Source of the DNA: Scyliorhinus canicula
Taxonomy: Eukaryota
Assembly: GCF_902713615.1 (NCBI RefSeq)
Contig: NC_052175.1
Span: 9,403,271-9,467,270, forward strand
Reading direction: 5' to 3'
DNA: 64,000 nt
Part shown: in pieces, positions 48,391-58,268 of the stretch
How the letters are laid out: each line of letters opens with the position of its first letter
How positions within the stretch are numbered: position 1 is the first letter of the stretch
Translations under genes and position numbers: made by a program
The notes under the pieces: model-generated
What the model saw: only the letters and a program-made list of their open reading frames with translations
Databases searched by the model: none
What the model was told of the DNA's origin: nothing

Positions 48391-49031
48391 CACCAGAGTA
48401 AAGAAAAATGCAGAAAAGACATTGCAGTCTTTTCTGGCTCAGAAACATAGTTGTGCTTTGTCAGATTTTTCGTCTAATGGTGAACCATGTTCTCATTGCC
48501 CAGTGTATAATTTAACTCAGTCTGCTTTATTGTATAACAGGGAAAGGAACAAGTTCACTGTGTATTAGGCAGAATGTTTTGGTGCAATCAATTCACAGTC
48601 AGCGTGCAAACGGAATAACAGACTTAGATTAAAACAGAGGCTGGAGTGGGCAGGATGGTAACACAATACAGAAAATTGATATTTTTCTCGAAAGTTCCCA
48701 GTGACGGTGCGGAAGTCAATAACTTTTGAAGTCTTCATTTCCGCTTCCTGTCATTGTTTCCTTCCCGGTTGCTGTCCTGACTTTCAAAACACATTAATTT
48801 TTAAAACAATGATCAGAAAAAATGGCCAAACCTTAGGAAACAAACACCCCCTCACTGACTGGAATTTGAATTAGTAGAGAAAAGAAAATCATAATAAGTT
48901 TTCATTCCAGAGTAACCTCTCATTCAATGCTCAGAGTCAGCTTGTAAACGCCATGCATCGAAAATGTATACCTGGCAAGGCCAATATTATTGCATATCTC
49001 TAATTGCCCTAAGTTGCTGGTGAGCCACCTA

Positions 49032-49400
49032 CTTGAAGTAGTGTACTCCATGGGGCAGCACGGTAGCATTGTGGATAGAACAATTGCTTCACAGCTCCAG
49101 GGTCCCAGGTTCGATTCCGGCTTGGGTCACTGTCTGTGCGGAGTCTACACATCCTCCCCGTGTGTGCGTGGGTTTCCTCCGGGTGCTCCGGTTTCCTCCC
49201 ACAGTCCAAAGATGTGCAGGTTAGGTGGATTGGCCATGATAAATTGCCCTTAGTGTCGAAAATTGCCCTTAGTGTTGGGTAGGGTTACTGGGTTATGGGA
49301 TAGGGTGGAGTTGTTGACCTTGGGTAGGGTGCTCTTTCCAAGAGCTGGTGCAGACTCGATGGGCCGAATGGCCTCCTTCTGCACTGTAAATTCTATGAAA
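49032..49400 (+). mobile_element. V-SINE
   Basis: Complete copy, nearly identical to the reverse complement of 35775-36152. Confidence 0.92.
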
Positions 49401-50802
49401 TGTAGGTGCACCCATGTTAGGGAGGGCTTTTCAGGATTTTGCATGGTAGCAGTGAACGAATGACAACGTAATTCCATGTCGGAAAGGTAGTTGTGCACAA
49501 ATAAGTAAAACTGGGATTGAATTCTTCAGACTGTGACGCAGAAAATACGTAAAAATGTTTAAAATGTTTGAGGCCTTCTGACTGAAATTTGGCAATTATT
49601 GTGAGGGGATATTTCACTCCATTCTTCAGCTCATGTCTGAATTTCTTCTGCGTAACAGCATATATGAACGTGTTGGTCCAGCAATTCAGGAGCTGAAGCA
49701 TGAGCCCTATTTCACGAACAAATGTTGGCAGGGGAACTGGAAGCCCCAAGTAATCTAGTCGTTTCAATACAGAACACACCATGAAGACGACCCACAACAC
49801 TATGAAATTCCCCGAAACCACAAACAGTAAAATCATGGATTTCCTTCGTCTCCTCATCTCTAGGTCACTGGTACTGTCCCCACTGCTCTGACACTGGAAT
49901 CGCCTGCGAGACCTGTTGGCCACGATAATATTGTTCACCGTCAATGCATTGAACAACAGTATCAAAACAAATGGAAATAAAGGATTTGAAACATAATGAA
50001 TAAATTCAATGATGGACCAGACCAACGAGCGAAGTACAACAAGCTTCACGTGGCAAAACCAAGAACTGTTAGAAAGTGAATATGCACTTGCATACATAAA
50101 AAACAGAAAATGTTCTTCAAACAACTAAGTGCAGTCACTGCCCCAAGGACAATAGAGGCTGTCTTCGCAGTGCAGTATTTAGTTTTCAGTTTTTGAGAAC
50201 AGATAGCCACAAATCGATCAAAGGTGAAAGTGACGGTGAACCAGACAGAACAGTCAGTGACAGCATAAAGCAGAACGGCATGATAATTGCAAATGCGAAC
50301 AGAGTACAGAAAGGTTGATTGCTCACGATAAACGATAGGAATCTGCCTTAGTATCAGATCGATGATAACCACCAATAGGTCCGCTACTGCCATTGCAACC
50401 AGGTAGCTTGTTACACATTTAGAGAGGCCACTCTTTCCACGACAGATGACCACAATCGTCACCACGTTAACTGAAAGCACAAAGAGAGTGTAGAGTTATA
50501 CACCACAATGCCAGAATACTAAAGTATTTCCCATGAACCAAGGCAACACTTTCAGTAATATGCATAAGTATATTCTTCACAATCAATTAATATTCGTCAA
50601 GGACCTGCAGTGATGAAATATAGTATTGCAGAATATTTTAGAACAAAAATGGAGTTCGGGTGTGTAATCAGTGAAATCAGTGTAATAAATCACACAAATT
50701 AAACAGGACTTCAAATGTATTATGAATTTAAACTAAATAGAATAGAATAAGAAGAGATAAATTCAAATAAAAAGAAAACAATCTGCTGGACTTCATGAAT
50801 GA

Positions 50803-51010
50803 TATGGAGATGCCGGCGTTGGACTGAGGTGAGCACAGTAAGAAGTCTGACAGCACCAGGTTAAAGTCAAACATGTTTCTTTCAAACACTAGCATTCGCA
50901 ACACTACTCCTTCTTCAGGTGAATGAGGAAGGAGCAGTGCTCCAAAAGCAAGTGTTTGAAACAAACATGTTGGATTTTAACGTGCTGTTGTCAGACATCT
51001 TGCTGGACTT
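50803..51010. mobile_element. Palindromic Penelope-like element with two inverted degenerate hammerhead halves
   Basis: GGAGATGCCGGCGTTGGACTG head; ...ACTCCTTCTTCAGGTGAA TGAGGAAGGAGCAGTGCTCCAAAAGC... with mirror arms AAACATGTTT/AAACATGTTG. Confidence 0.7.
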
Positions 51011-51179
51011 CATCCGAATAACCACAGGAGACCAGGGACAGGTTGCAGTCGGACATTCGATTCAGGCATGGAGGGAACTCTCCCAGAAAATGCTGTGGAG
51101 GAACACCCTTTTAAAAAACTCAGCTCTAATAAAGCTCTCAGAGGGAGAGCTTGCTAATAGGCCTGTGTCTTCTATAAAA

Positions 51180-51860
51180 CGTTGGTTAGTCTATAAAACG
51201 CTGGTTATCGCACAGCTGGAATTTTGTCTGCAATTTTAAAATCCGCATCATCGGAGAAATATGAGTGCCGGTTCGGGAACATGGGGAGACTTACAAGGAT
51301 TCTGCCTGGGCTGGAGCGTTTTAGTTATGAAGAGAAATTTGATAAGCTGTTTATTTTTCTTGTAGGAGAGGAGACTGAGGGGAACATGATTGCCATGTAT
51401 AAAAGAATGAGGGGCATATATAAATTAGACAGGAAGAAATATTTCCCATTGGTGGAGCGAGCAATGACCAATGGGGAACATATTTAATGAAAATGAAAAA
51501 ATGAAAATCGCTTCTTGTCACGAGTAGGCTTCAATGAAGTTACTGTGAAATGCCCCTAGTCGCCACATTCCGGCGCCTATTCGGGGAGGCTGGTACGGGA
51601 ATTGAACAGTGCTGCTGGCCTGCCTTGGTCTGCTTTAAAAGCCAGCGATTTAGCCCAGTGTGCTAAACCAGCCCCAGGTTAGGGGCAGGTTTAGAGGATA
51701 TCTGAGTAAAATAATTTTCCTCCAAAGCGTGGTGAGTGCCTGTACCTCAATGCCTGAAATGGTGGTGGAGGTAGTACTCTTGACACTTAAAAAATGTGTT
51801 TAGATGTGGGTCTGAGATGCCAAGGCCAAGTGCCGGAAAATTGGATTATAATCTGGTTGT
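51180..51860 (+). mobile_element. Old CR1 3' fragment split by a second-family SINE (51486-51677, minus)
   Basis: RLTRILPGLERFSYEEK; the GGGGAACATATTTAA|SINE|GGTTAGGGGCAGG junction restores CR1 continuity. Confidence 0.8.
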
Positions 51861-51899
51861 TTTCTTCAAATAATTGCCTGTGAGGGGGAAACACTTTTC

Positions 51900-52205
51900 C
51901 AAAGAATTCCTATTGTGCAGAAGCAGGTCATTCGTCCCGGCAGATCTGCACTGTCCCTGAAAAATCGCAGCCCTTCTCGGGCCACTATCCCAACCTATCC
52001 CGATAACCCTACTTAATCTGCAATCATTGCATACTGAAGGTCAATTGGTCGAAACACCGAATTTGCAGATCTTTGAACAGTGAGAGAAATCGAGAGCACA
52101 TGTGGATAACACAAAAACTCCGCATCGTCACGCAAGGCCGGGATTGAACAGGAGGTACCCGGCACTGTAAGGCAGAAATTTTAACCACTGTGCCACCGTA
52201 CCGCC
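51900..52205 (-). mobile_element. Old degenerate V-SINE
   Basis: Reverse-complement head (ACCACTGTGCCACCG) and decayed body. Confidence 0.6.
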
Positions 52206-52644
52206 TGTTCGAATTGAGCTCTCAACTCCAATTCAGCTCGAGAAGGGAGAGCATTCGAAGAAATGTCGCTCATCTGGGCTCCGCAACTTATTCCGGGAGA
52301 GCCTGGAGGAAACGTACGATTTTGCCACACTTTGTGTGAGTGAAGCTGTCCTTTCTGCTTTCAGATCTGAAAGGCTTATCTGTCCACCTTAACAGCTCTG
52401 AACACCGTGCAGGCGATGGAAAATGAGAGGGTTACGTAGAAAAAGAAAACTGGTTTTCAGTTCATTAACAGTGCTCACTTTGTGTGCTCATACACGTCCT
52501 ACAGTAAATGTATTTAGGGCATTGAGCACTCCTGTAGAAAATGCAAACTCCTCTCAGTCAGTCACTCACCACCGGACTTGGACCCGTATGCCTGCCACTA
52601 TGAGGCAGCAGTGCTAACCACTGTGCCACCGTTCTGGCCCGATA

Positions 52645-52972
52645 GTGTCATACAATTTACAGTGCAGAAGGAGGTCATTCGGCCCATAGAGTCTGCACCG
52701 GCTCTTGGAATGAGCACCCTTCCCAAGCCCACATCCCCACACTATCCCCATGACCCAGTCACCCCACCCAGCACGAAAGGCAAAATAGTATGACCAATCC
52801 ACCTAACCTGCACAGATTTCGACTGTGGGAGGAAACCGGAGCACCCGGAGGAAACCCACGCACACACGGGGGGAACGTGCAGACTCTGCAGACAGTAAAC
52901 CAAGCTGGGAATCGAACCTGGAACACTGGAGCTGTGAAGCAATTGTGCTAACCACTATGCCACCGTGCTGCT
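52645..52972 (-). mobile_element. V-SINE, with a short head fragment at about 52545-52640
   Basis: Complete reverse-complement copy. Confidence 0.9.
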
Positions 52973-53109
52973 CTAATTTTAGCAACATTTAAAAGACATT
53001 TGAGAATGTGGTGTATCCTCCGTCTCCTGCACACTGAATTAGAACAATTGAATTATCTACAAAATTCTTCAGTACAATGGAAAAAAGTAGTGAAACAGCA
53101 GAATTGTAT

Positions 53110-53480
53110 CAAGAATGGCATTAAAAATAGTCAAAAGGACATATCACATACCAGTCAGAAGCACAGGCGCACCAGTCATTTTAAATAAAACAGGCCAAGA
53201 GCTTAAAAATAATGAACAATTGCTTAAAATTAGAATTGTGAGACGTGGAAACAGAAATTTTCAGACAACGAATCACACGATGTTGAAATCCATAAAAAGG
53301 AAGCTGCTGGACGAATGTTCAATGTTCATTAACCTGGTAGCAATGATTTTTTTCAGCAGAATGATTACAACATGCTGAATATGTGACCAGATGAGATCAG
53401 AGGCAAATTTTCCAAACAACTCCTGTCTCCGTACGTACAGCAAATTGGAAACACTTAATGAAATACGGAGTAGTTTGACA
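53110..53480 (+). pseudogene. Possible highly decayed GPR139-like relic, antisense in the GPCR intron
   Basis: ALKIVKRTYHIPVRSTGAP aligns without gaps to exon 1 ALNDIEKIYFLILAAIGVP. INLVAMIFFSR resembles the exon 2 start. Splice sites are damaged. Confidence 0.3.
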
Positions 53481-53504
53481 GAATTCAGAAATTTAACATA
53501 TTAT

Positions 53505-53900
53505 CGGCGACTCGTTGGAGTTTATAAGGTTGAGGGGGGATCTCGTTGAAATATCCAGGATACTGAGAGACCTAGAAATAGTGGACCTGCAGAGAATGTC
53601 TCCACTTGTAGAAAAAAACAAGAACCCGAAGGCACAGAATCAGACTGAAGGCACGACCCTTTAAAACAGAGGTGAGAAGGAATTTCTTCAGCCAGAGGGT
53701 AGTGAATCTGTGGAACACTGCCGCAGATGGTTGTGTACACCAAATCACTGAGCGCTTTTAAGACAGAGAGAGATAGGTTGCTGATTAACATTGGGACCAG
53801 GGTTTATGGGGCGAAGGCAGGATTATGTGGTTGAGAAACATATCAACCACCAATGAATGGACGTGCCGGAGCAATTGGATGATTGTGCTAATTCTGTTCC
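53505..53900 (+). mobile_element. CR1-like 3' fragment
   Basis: AGGTTGAGGGGGGATCTCGTTGAA...GGAATTTCTTCAGCCAGAGGGTAGTGAATCTGTGGAAC. Confidence 0.8.
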
Positions 53901-54024
53901 TGTGTCGTATGGTCTTCTGGTCTTCTGGACATCAAAGTGTATTAACCATTGTGTTCACATGAGTGAATGGGAGTTCACGCCAATGCAACATAGCCCATCG
54001 TCAAATGTACACTTTGAGAAAGAA

Positions 54025-54480
54025 CAGAGAAACGAGGGAAGAAGAAAATTATATATGAAAAAGAGGAAGAGAGTGAGAGAGTAAGAGAGGGAGAGGGAAA
54101 GAGGGAGAGGGAGAGAGGGAGAGACAGAGTGGGAGAGGGGGAGAGAGAGTGAGTATGAAAGAAAGAATGAAATAAAGGAAGATAGAAAGAAAGTAAGAAA
54201 GAAAGAAAGATAGATTGAAAGATAGATATAAAGAAAGAAAAAATAAACCAAGAAAGAAAGACACATAAAAATAAAAAAACAAGGAAAGAAATAGAGAAAG
54301 AAAATGAAAAAAATAGACATAGAAAAAATAATTAAAGAGAGAAAGACAGAGAGAAAGAAATAAGAAAGAAATGAATAAAAATGAAGAGGGAAAGAAAGAA
54401 GGAAGAGAAAATAGCGGAAACGTGAAAGCGAAAAGTTGCAGAAGTACAAACAAAAAATATAAAAAAGAAAAGGGCGAAAG
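54025..54480. repeat. Purine-rich (GA/GAAA) tract
   Basis: Composition; Phe/Leu/Ser-rich ORFs on minus are artefacts. Confidence 0.9.
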
Positions 54481-54820
54481 ATAGAACATAGAACAGTACA
54501 AGCCCTTCGGCTCTCAATGTTGTGCCGAACCATGATCACCCTACTCAAACCCACGTATCCACCCTATACCCGTAACCCAACAAACCCCCCCCACCTTAAC
54601 CTTACTTTTATTAGGACGCTACGGGCAATTTAGCATGGCCAATCCACCTAACCCGCACATCTTTGGACTGTGGGAGGAAACCGGAGCACCCGGAGGAAAC
54701 CCACGCACACAGGGGGAGGACGTGCAGACTCCACACAGACAGTGACCCAGCCGGGAATCGAACCTGGGACCCTGGAGCTGTGAAGCATTTATGCTAACCA
54801 CCATGCTACCCTGCTGCCCC
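54480..54820 (-). mobile_element. V-SINE
   Basis: Nearly the reverse complement of 7061-7394. Confidence 0.95.
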
Positions 54821-55974
54821 TCATAGAATGAGAGAAAAGGAAGAAAGAAATGGATGAACTCACAGAAATAAATATGTGTCGTAAAGTCCAACCATTCTAA
54901 ATAACTTTCCGACCATGGAGGTATCTTTCGCATAGATATACTGCCGTCATGTTAAAACGTTTTCACTGTTGTAATTCAGGGAAAGCAAGAAAATAAATTG
55001 CATCTGTTAAAGCTTTAAGAGACATAAGTACAAAACCCAGGTAATGACTTACGTGGGACGCCGATCGCGGCCAAGATGAGGAAGTAAATCTTTTCTATGT
55101 CATTCAGTGCCCAAAGAATCTTGAGCTTCATCAGAAAACTGAGAGCCATGTTGTCCTGAGTTAAGTGTGACGAATTAGGTGTTGCTGTTGATAGTGGAAG
55201 AAATTATCCGCTCACGTTTGGAAAGAATCCATTTCTTTATGAGGAGGGAGCGAAAGAAAAGTCAAGACCAAGGGGTCGCATGATGCCTGGAGTTGATTAC
55301 AGTCACTGAACAAACAAAGTTAACATCTAAAACTCTAAGGCATTAAACACAAAACCGGAATTTCCAAATGTACAATTCCCTGAAGACGGAGGAACAATCC
55401 CCCACAACTCTGAAAGGAATTTTCACAGTCGCCCGTTCTAAATTCAACTGTAAGGAGAAAGAGAGATTGCATCAAATCAAAACTTGAACAAGCATTCACA
55501 AATTTTAGACGAATAACAAGTAACAATCTTCACCAAAAACATAGGAAAGCAATTTTAAGATTTTAAATCTGAGCATTATTCGCAGTGTGCGCCAAACACA
55601 GCATCCGAGGTGCAATTGTCATAGATGCTGCCTGACCTGGTAATTAATTCCACAAGTTCTAAATTTCATATCAGATTTCCAGCTTCTGAAAAAGTGGCCT
55701 CTCTTGACGCACACAATCGAGTCGTGAATTAAACACTGGTGGTTTAATAAAATTACATTAAAGGTGAATTAAAATCAACCTCCACATTTGTTACAGACTG
55801 GTGGTTTAATAAAATTACTTGCTTTACAGTAATATCTATTTATTTAGTACTCTGCAGGCAATGAGTTAGAAGGGAAGAAGGAAAGTATATAGGGAACCGA
55901 GTAAAGAGGGAAGAAATGAAAGAAAGCAGTGGCACGGGACGGGAAGAAGGAAGGGGAAAAGGAAGAAGAAAGAA

Positions 55975-56520
55975 AGAACAAAGAACAATACAGCACAGGA
56001 ACATGCCATTCGGCCCTCCAAGCCTGTACTGGTCATGATACTAACCTTGGCCAAAACCCTCCGCACTCCCTTGTCACGTATCCCTTTTTACCCATTTCTT
56101 CCATGTATTTGTAGAGATACTTTTTTGAACGCCGTGAATGTATGTGCTTCCACAACGTGGCAACGTGATCCAGGCAGTCACTACCCTCTGTGTAAATAAC
56201 AAACTGCCTCGAACGTCTCCTCGAGACATTGTCCCACGTGCCTTAAACCTATGCCCCCTGGCGACTGACCTCCACCGTAGGAAAGAGTGCCTGCCCATCC
56301 ACTCTATCCATGCCCCTCATAATCTTGTGGATGTCGGTCAGGTCACCCCCCCACCCCACAACCTCCGTCGTTTTAATCAAAACCGTCTGAGTCTATGCAG
56401 CCTCTCCCCGTACCTATTACTGACAGGCCAGCCAACATCCTGGAAAACCTCCTCTGCAAACACTCCAAAGCATCCACACCATTCTGGTAGTGTGACGGCC
56501 AGAATTGTGGGCAATATTCC
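55975..56520 (-). mobile_element. CR1 3' fragment
   Basis: Reverse-complement tail plus PHLEYC(P)QFWPSHY...LQRRFSRML. Confidence 0.85.
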
Positions 56521-56806
56521 AAGGGAGGGATGGAAGGGAGGAAGAATTCATGTACGGTGGGAAGGCGATGAAAGGTAGAAAGGAGGTGTGGAGGATGGAG
56601 GGAAATCAGGAATGAACGAGGGAAAGAAGGAAGGAGGTGAAGTTGTGAGAAAGATGTAAAAACGAATGGGTGATAGGTAGGACGGAACGAAGGAAGACGT
56701 AAGGAAAGAAAATAAGGATGAAAGAAACATGGATGTAAGAAAGAAAGAAAGAAGGAAAGAAAGAAAGAAAGAACGAAAGAAAGAAAGAATGAAAGAAACA
56801 AAGAAA
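56520..56806. repeat. Purine-rich (GGAA/GAAA) tract
   Basis: Composition. Confidence 0.9.
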
Positions 56807-57156
56807 GCATTCAGCAGAGGGCAGCAGAGCAGAGCTTCTGATTGGCTGTTCCGGGGAGATTTCCATACGTGCTGTGCGGTCAGCGTAAGTTGAAGGTGCA
56901 CCTGCATTAGTGACCCGACGAGTTCGACGGAAGGAAAGCATCCAGCAGAGGGCAGCAGAGCAGAGCTTCTGATTGGCTGCTCCGGGTAGATTTGATACGT
57001 GCAGTGCGGTCAGCGTAAGTTGAAGGTGCACCTGCATAAGTGACCCGAGAAGTTAGGCGGAAGGCAGGCATCCAGCAGAGGGCAGCAGAGCATTGCTTCT
57101 GATTGGCTGTTCCGGGGAGATTTGCATACGTGCAGTGCGGTTAGCGTAAGTTGAAG
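56807..57156 (+). repeat. Three tandem 5' UTR monomers (starts 56807, 56938, 57068; third partial)
   Basis: GCAT(T/C)CAGCAGAGGGCAGCAGAGCA...CTTCTGATTGGCTG...GCGTAAGTTGAAG, with periods of 131 and 130 bp. Confidence 0.9.
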
Positions 57157-57323
57157 ATGGTTTGTGAAGGGGCTGTTCTCGAGTGACAGCTTTACCCAAA
57201 ACACTACTTCCGTAGTGTCTCCCACCCATCCTCCTCCTCTAACCAAAAAAAAGTTCTGTCCGTTGGATTGCTAAACTGACAAGTTTTTTATTTTTATTTT
57301 TCAGTAGTTGGGAAGTTAGTTCA

Positions 57324-58268
57324 GTGGGAATGGAGGCTAGGGCAGTTGAATGTTCCTCCTGCAGAATGGGGGAGGAAAGGGTCACCTCTAGTGTCCCTGC
57401 TGACTACATCTGCGGGAAGTGCATCCAACTCCAGCTCCTCGAGAGCCGCGTTAGGGACCTGGTGCTGGATAAACTTCGGATCATTCGGGAGGCGGAGGAG
57501 GTTATTGAGAGGAGTTATAGGGTGGTAGTCACACCTCAGGTAAATGAAGAAAGTAGATGGGTTACCGTCAGGGGAGGGAGAGGGAACCGGCAGGCAGTGC
57601 AGGGATCCCCTGTGGTCGTTCCCCTCTATAGCAAGCATACCGTTTTGGATACTGTTGCGGGGGACGACTTACCAGGGGTAAGCAATAGGGCACAGGTCTC
57701 TGGCACAGAGTCTGTCCCTGTTGATCAGAAGGGAAGGGAGAAGAGGAGCCGAGCACTTGTCATTGGGGACTCCATAGTTAGAGGAAGAGACAGGAGGTTC
57801 TGTGGGAACGAAAGAGATTCACGGTTGGTGTGTTGCCTCCCAGGTGCCAGGGTTCGTGATGTCTCTGATCGTGTTTTGGGGCTCCTAAAGGGGGAGGGGG
57901 AGCAGCCCCAAGTCGTGGTCCACATAGGTACCAACGACATAGGTAGGAAGAGAGATGGGGATTTGAGACATAAATTCAGGGAGCTAGGGTGGAAGCTGAG
58001 AGCTAGAACAAACAGAGTTGTTTTCTCTGGGTTGTTACCCGTGCCACGTGCTAGCGAAGTGAGAAATAAGGAGAGAGAGGAGTTGAACACGTGGAGACAG
58101 GGATGGTGCAGGAGGGAGGGTTTTGGTTTAATGGATAATTGGGGCTCATTCTGGGGTAGGTGGGACCTCTACAAACAGGATGGTCTTCACCTGAACCAGA
58201 GGTGTACCAATATCCTGGGGGGGGGGAGATTTGCTAGTGTTCTTCGAGGGGGGGGGGGTTTAAACTAA
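57324..58268 (+). CDS. CR1 ORF1p: zinc finger/leucine zipper plus SGNH esterase-like domain (314 aa)
   Basis: CSSC...CGKC, LLESRVRDL, IGDSIVRG, HIGTNDIG, DGLHLN. Confidence 0.92.
   Translation: MGMEARAVECSSCRMGEERVTSSVPADYICGKCIQLQLLESRVRDLVLDKLRIIREAEEVIERSYRVVVTPQVNEESRWVTVRGGRGNRQAVQGSPVVVPLYSKHTVLDTVAGDDLPGVSNRAQVSGTESVPVDQKGREKRSRALVIGDSIVRGRDRRFCGNERDSRLVCCLPGARVRDVSDRVLGLLKGEGEQPQVVVHIGTNDIGRKRDGDLRHKFRELGWKLRARTNRVVFSGLLPVPRASEVRNKEREELNTWRQGWCRREGFGLMDNWGSFWGRWDLYKQDGLHLNQRCTNILGGGRFASVLRGGGGLN

Larger units (their letters stand above)
49417..55149 (-). pseudogene. Two-exon GPR139-like 7TM GPCR with a 1-nt frameshift (pseudogene or assembly error)
   Basis: Exon 1 55149-55053 (MALSFLMKLKILWALNDIEKIYFLILAAIGVP, C|GTAAGT). 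Exon 2 starts at 50470 (tttcAG|TTAAC): NVVTIV, YLVAMAVADLL, FTFDRFVAIC, RRRRKSMILLF, WTNTFIYAVTQKKFR. Frame changes at the A6 run 50098-50103, and the C-terminus reads through to 49417. Confidence 0.85.

Noticed and set aside
53955-54554. Phe/Leu/Ser-rich ORFs resembling membrane proteins (also 56373-57037 and 62857-63801)
   Set aside because: Reverse complement of purine-rich simple repeats; no domain motifs or splice logic.
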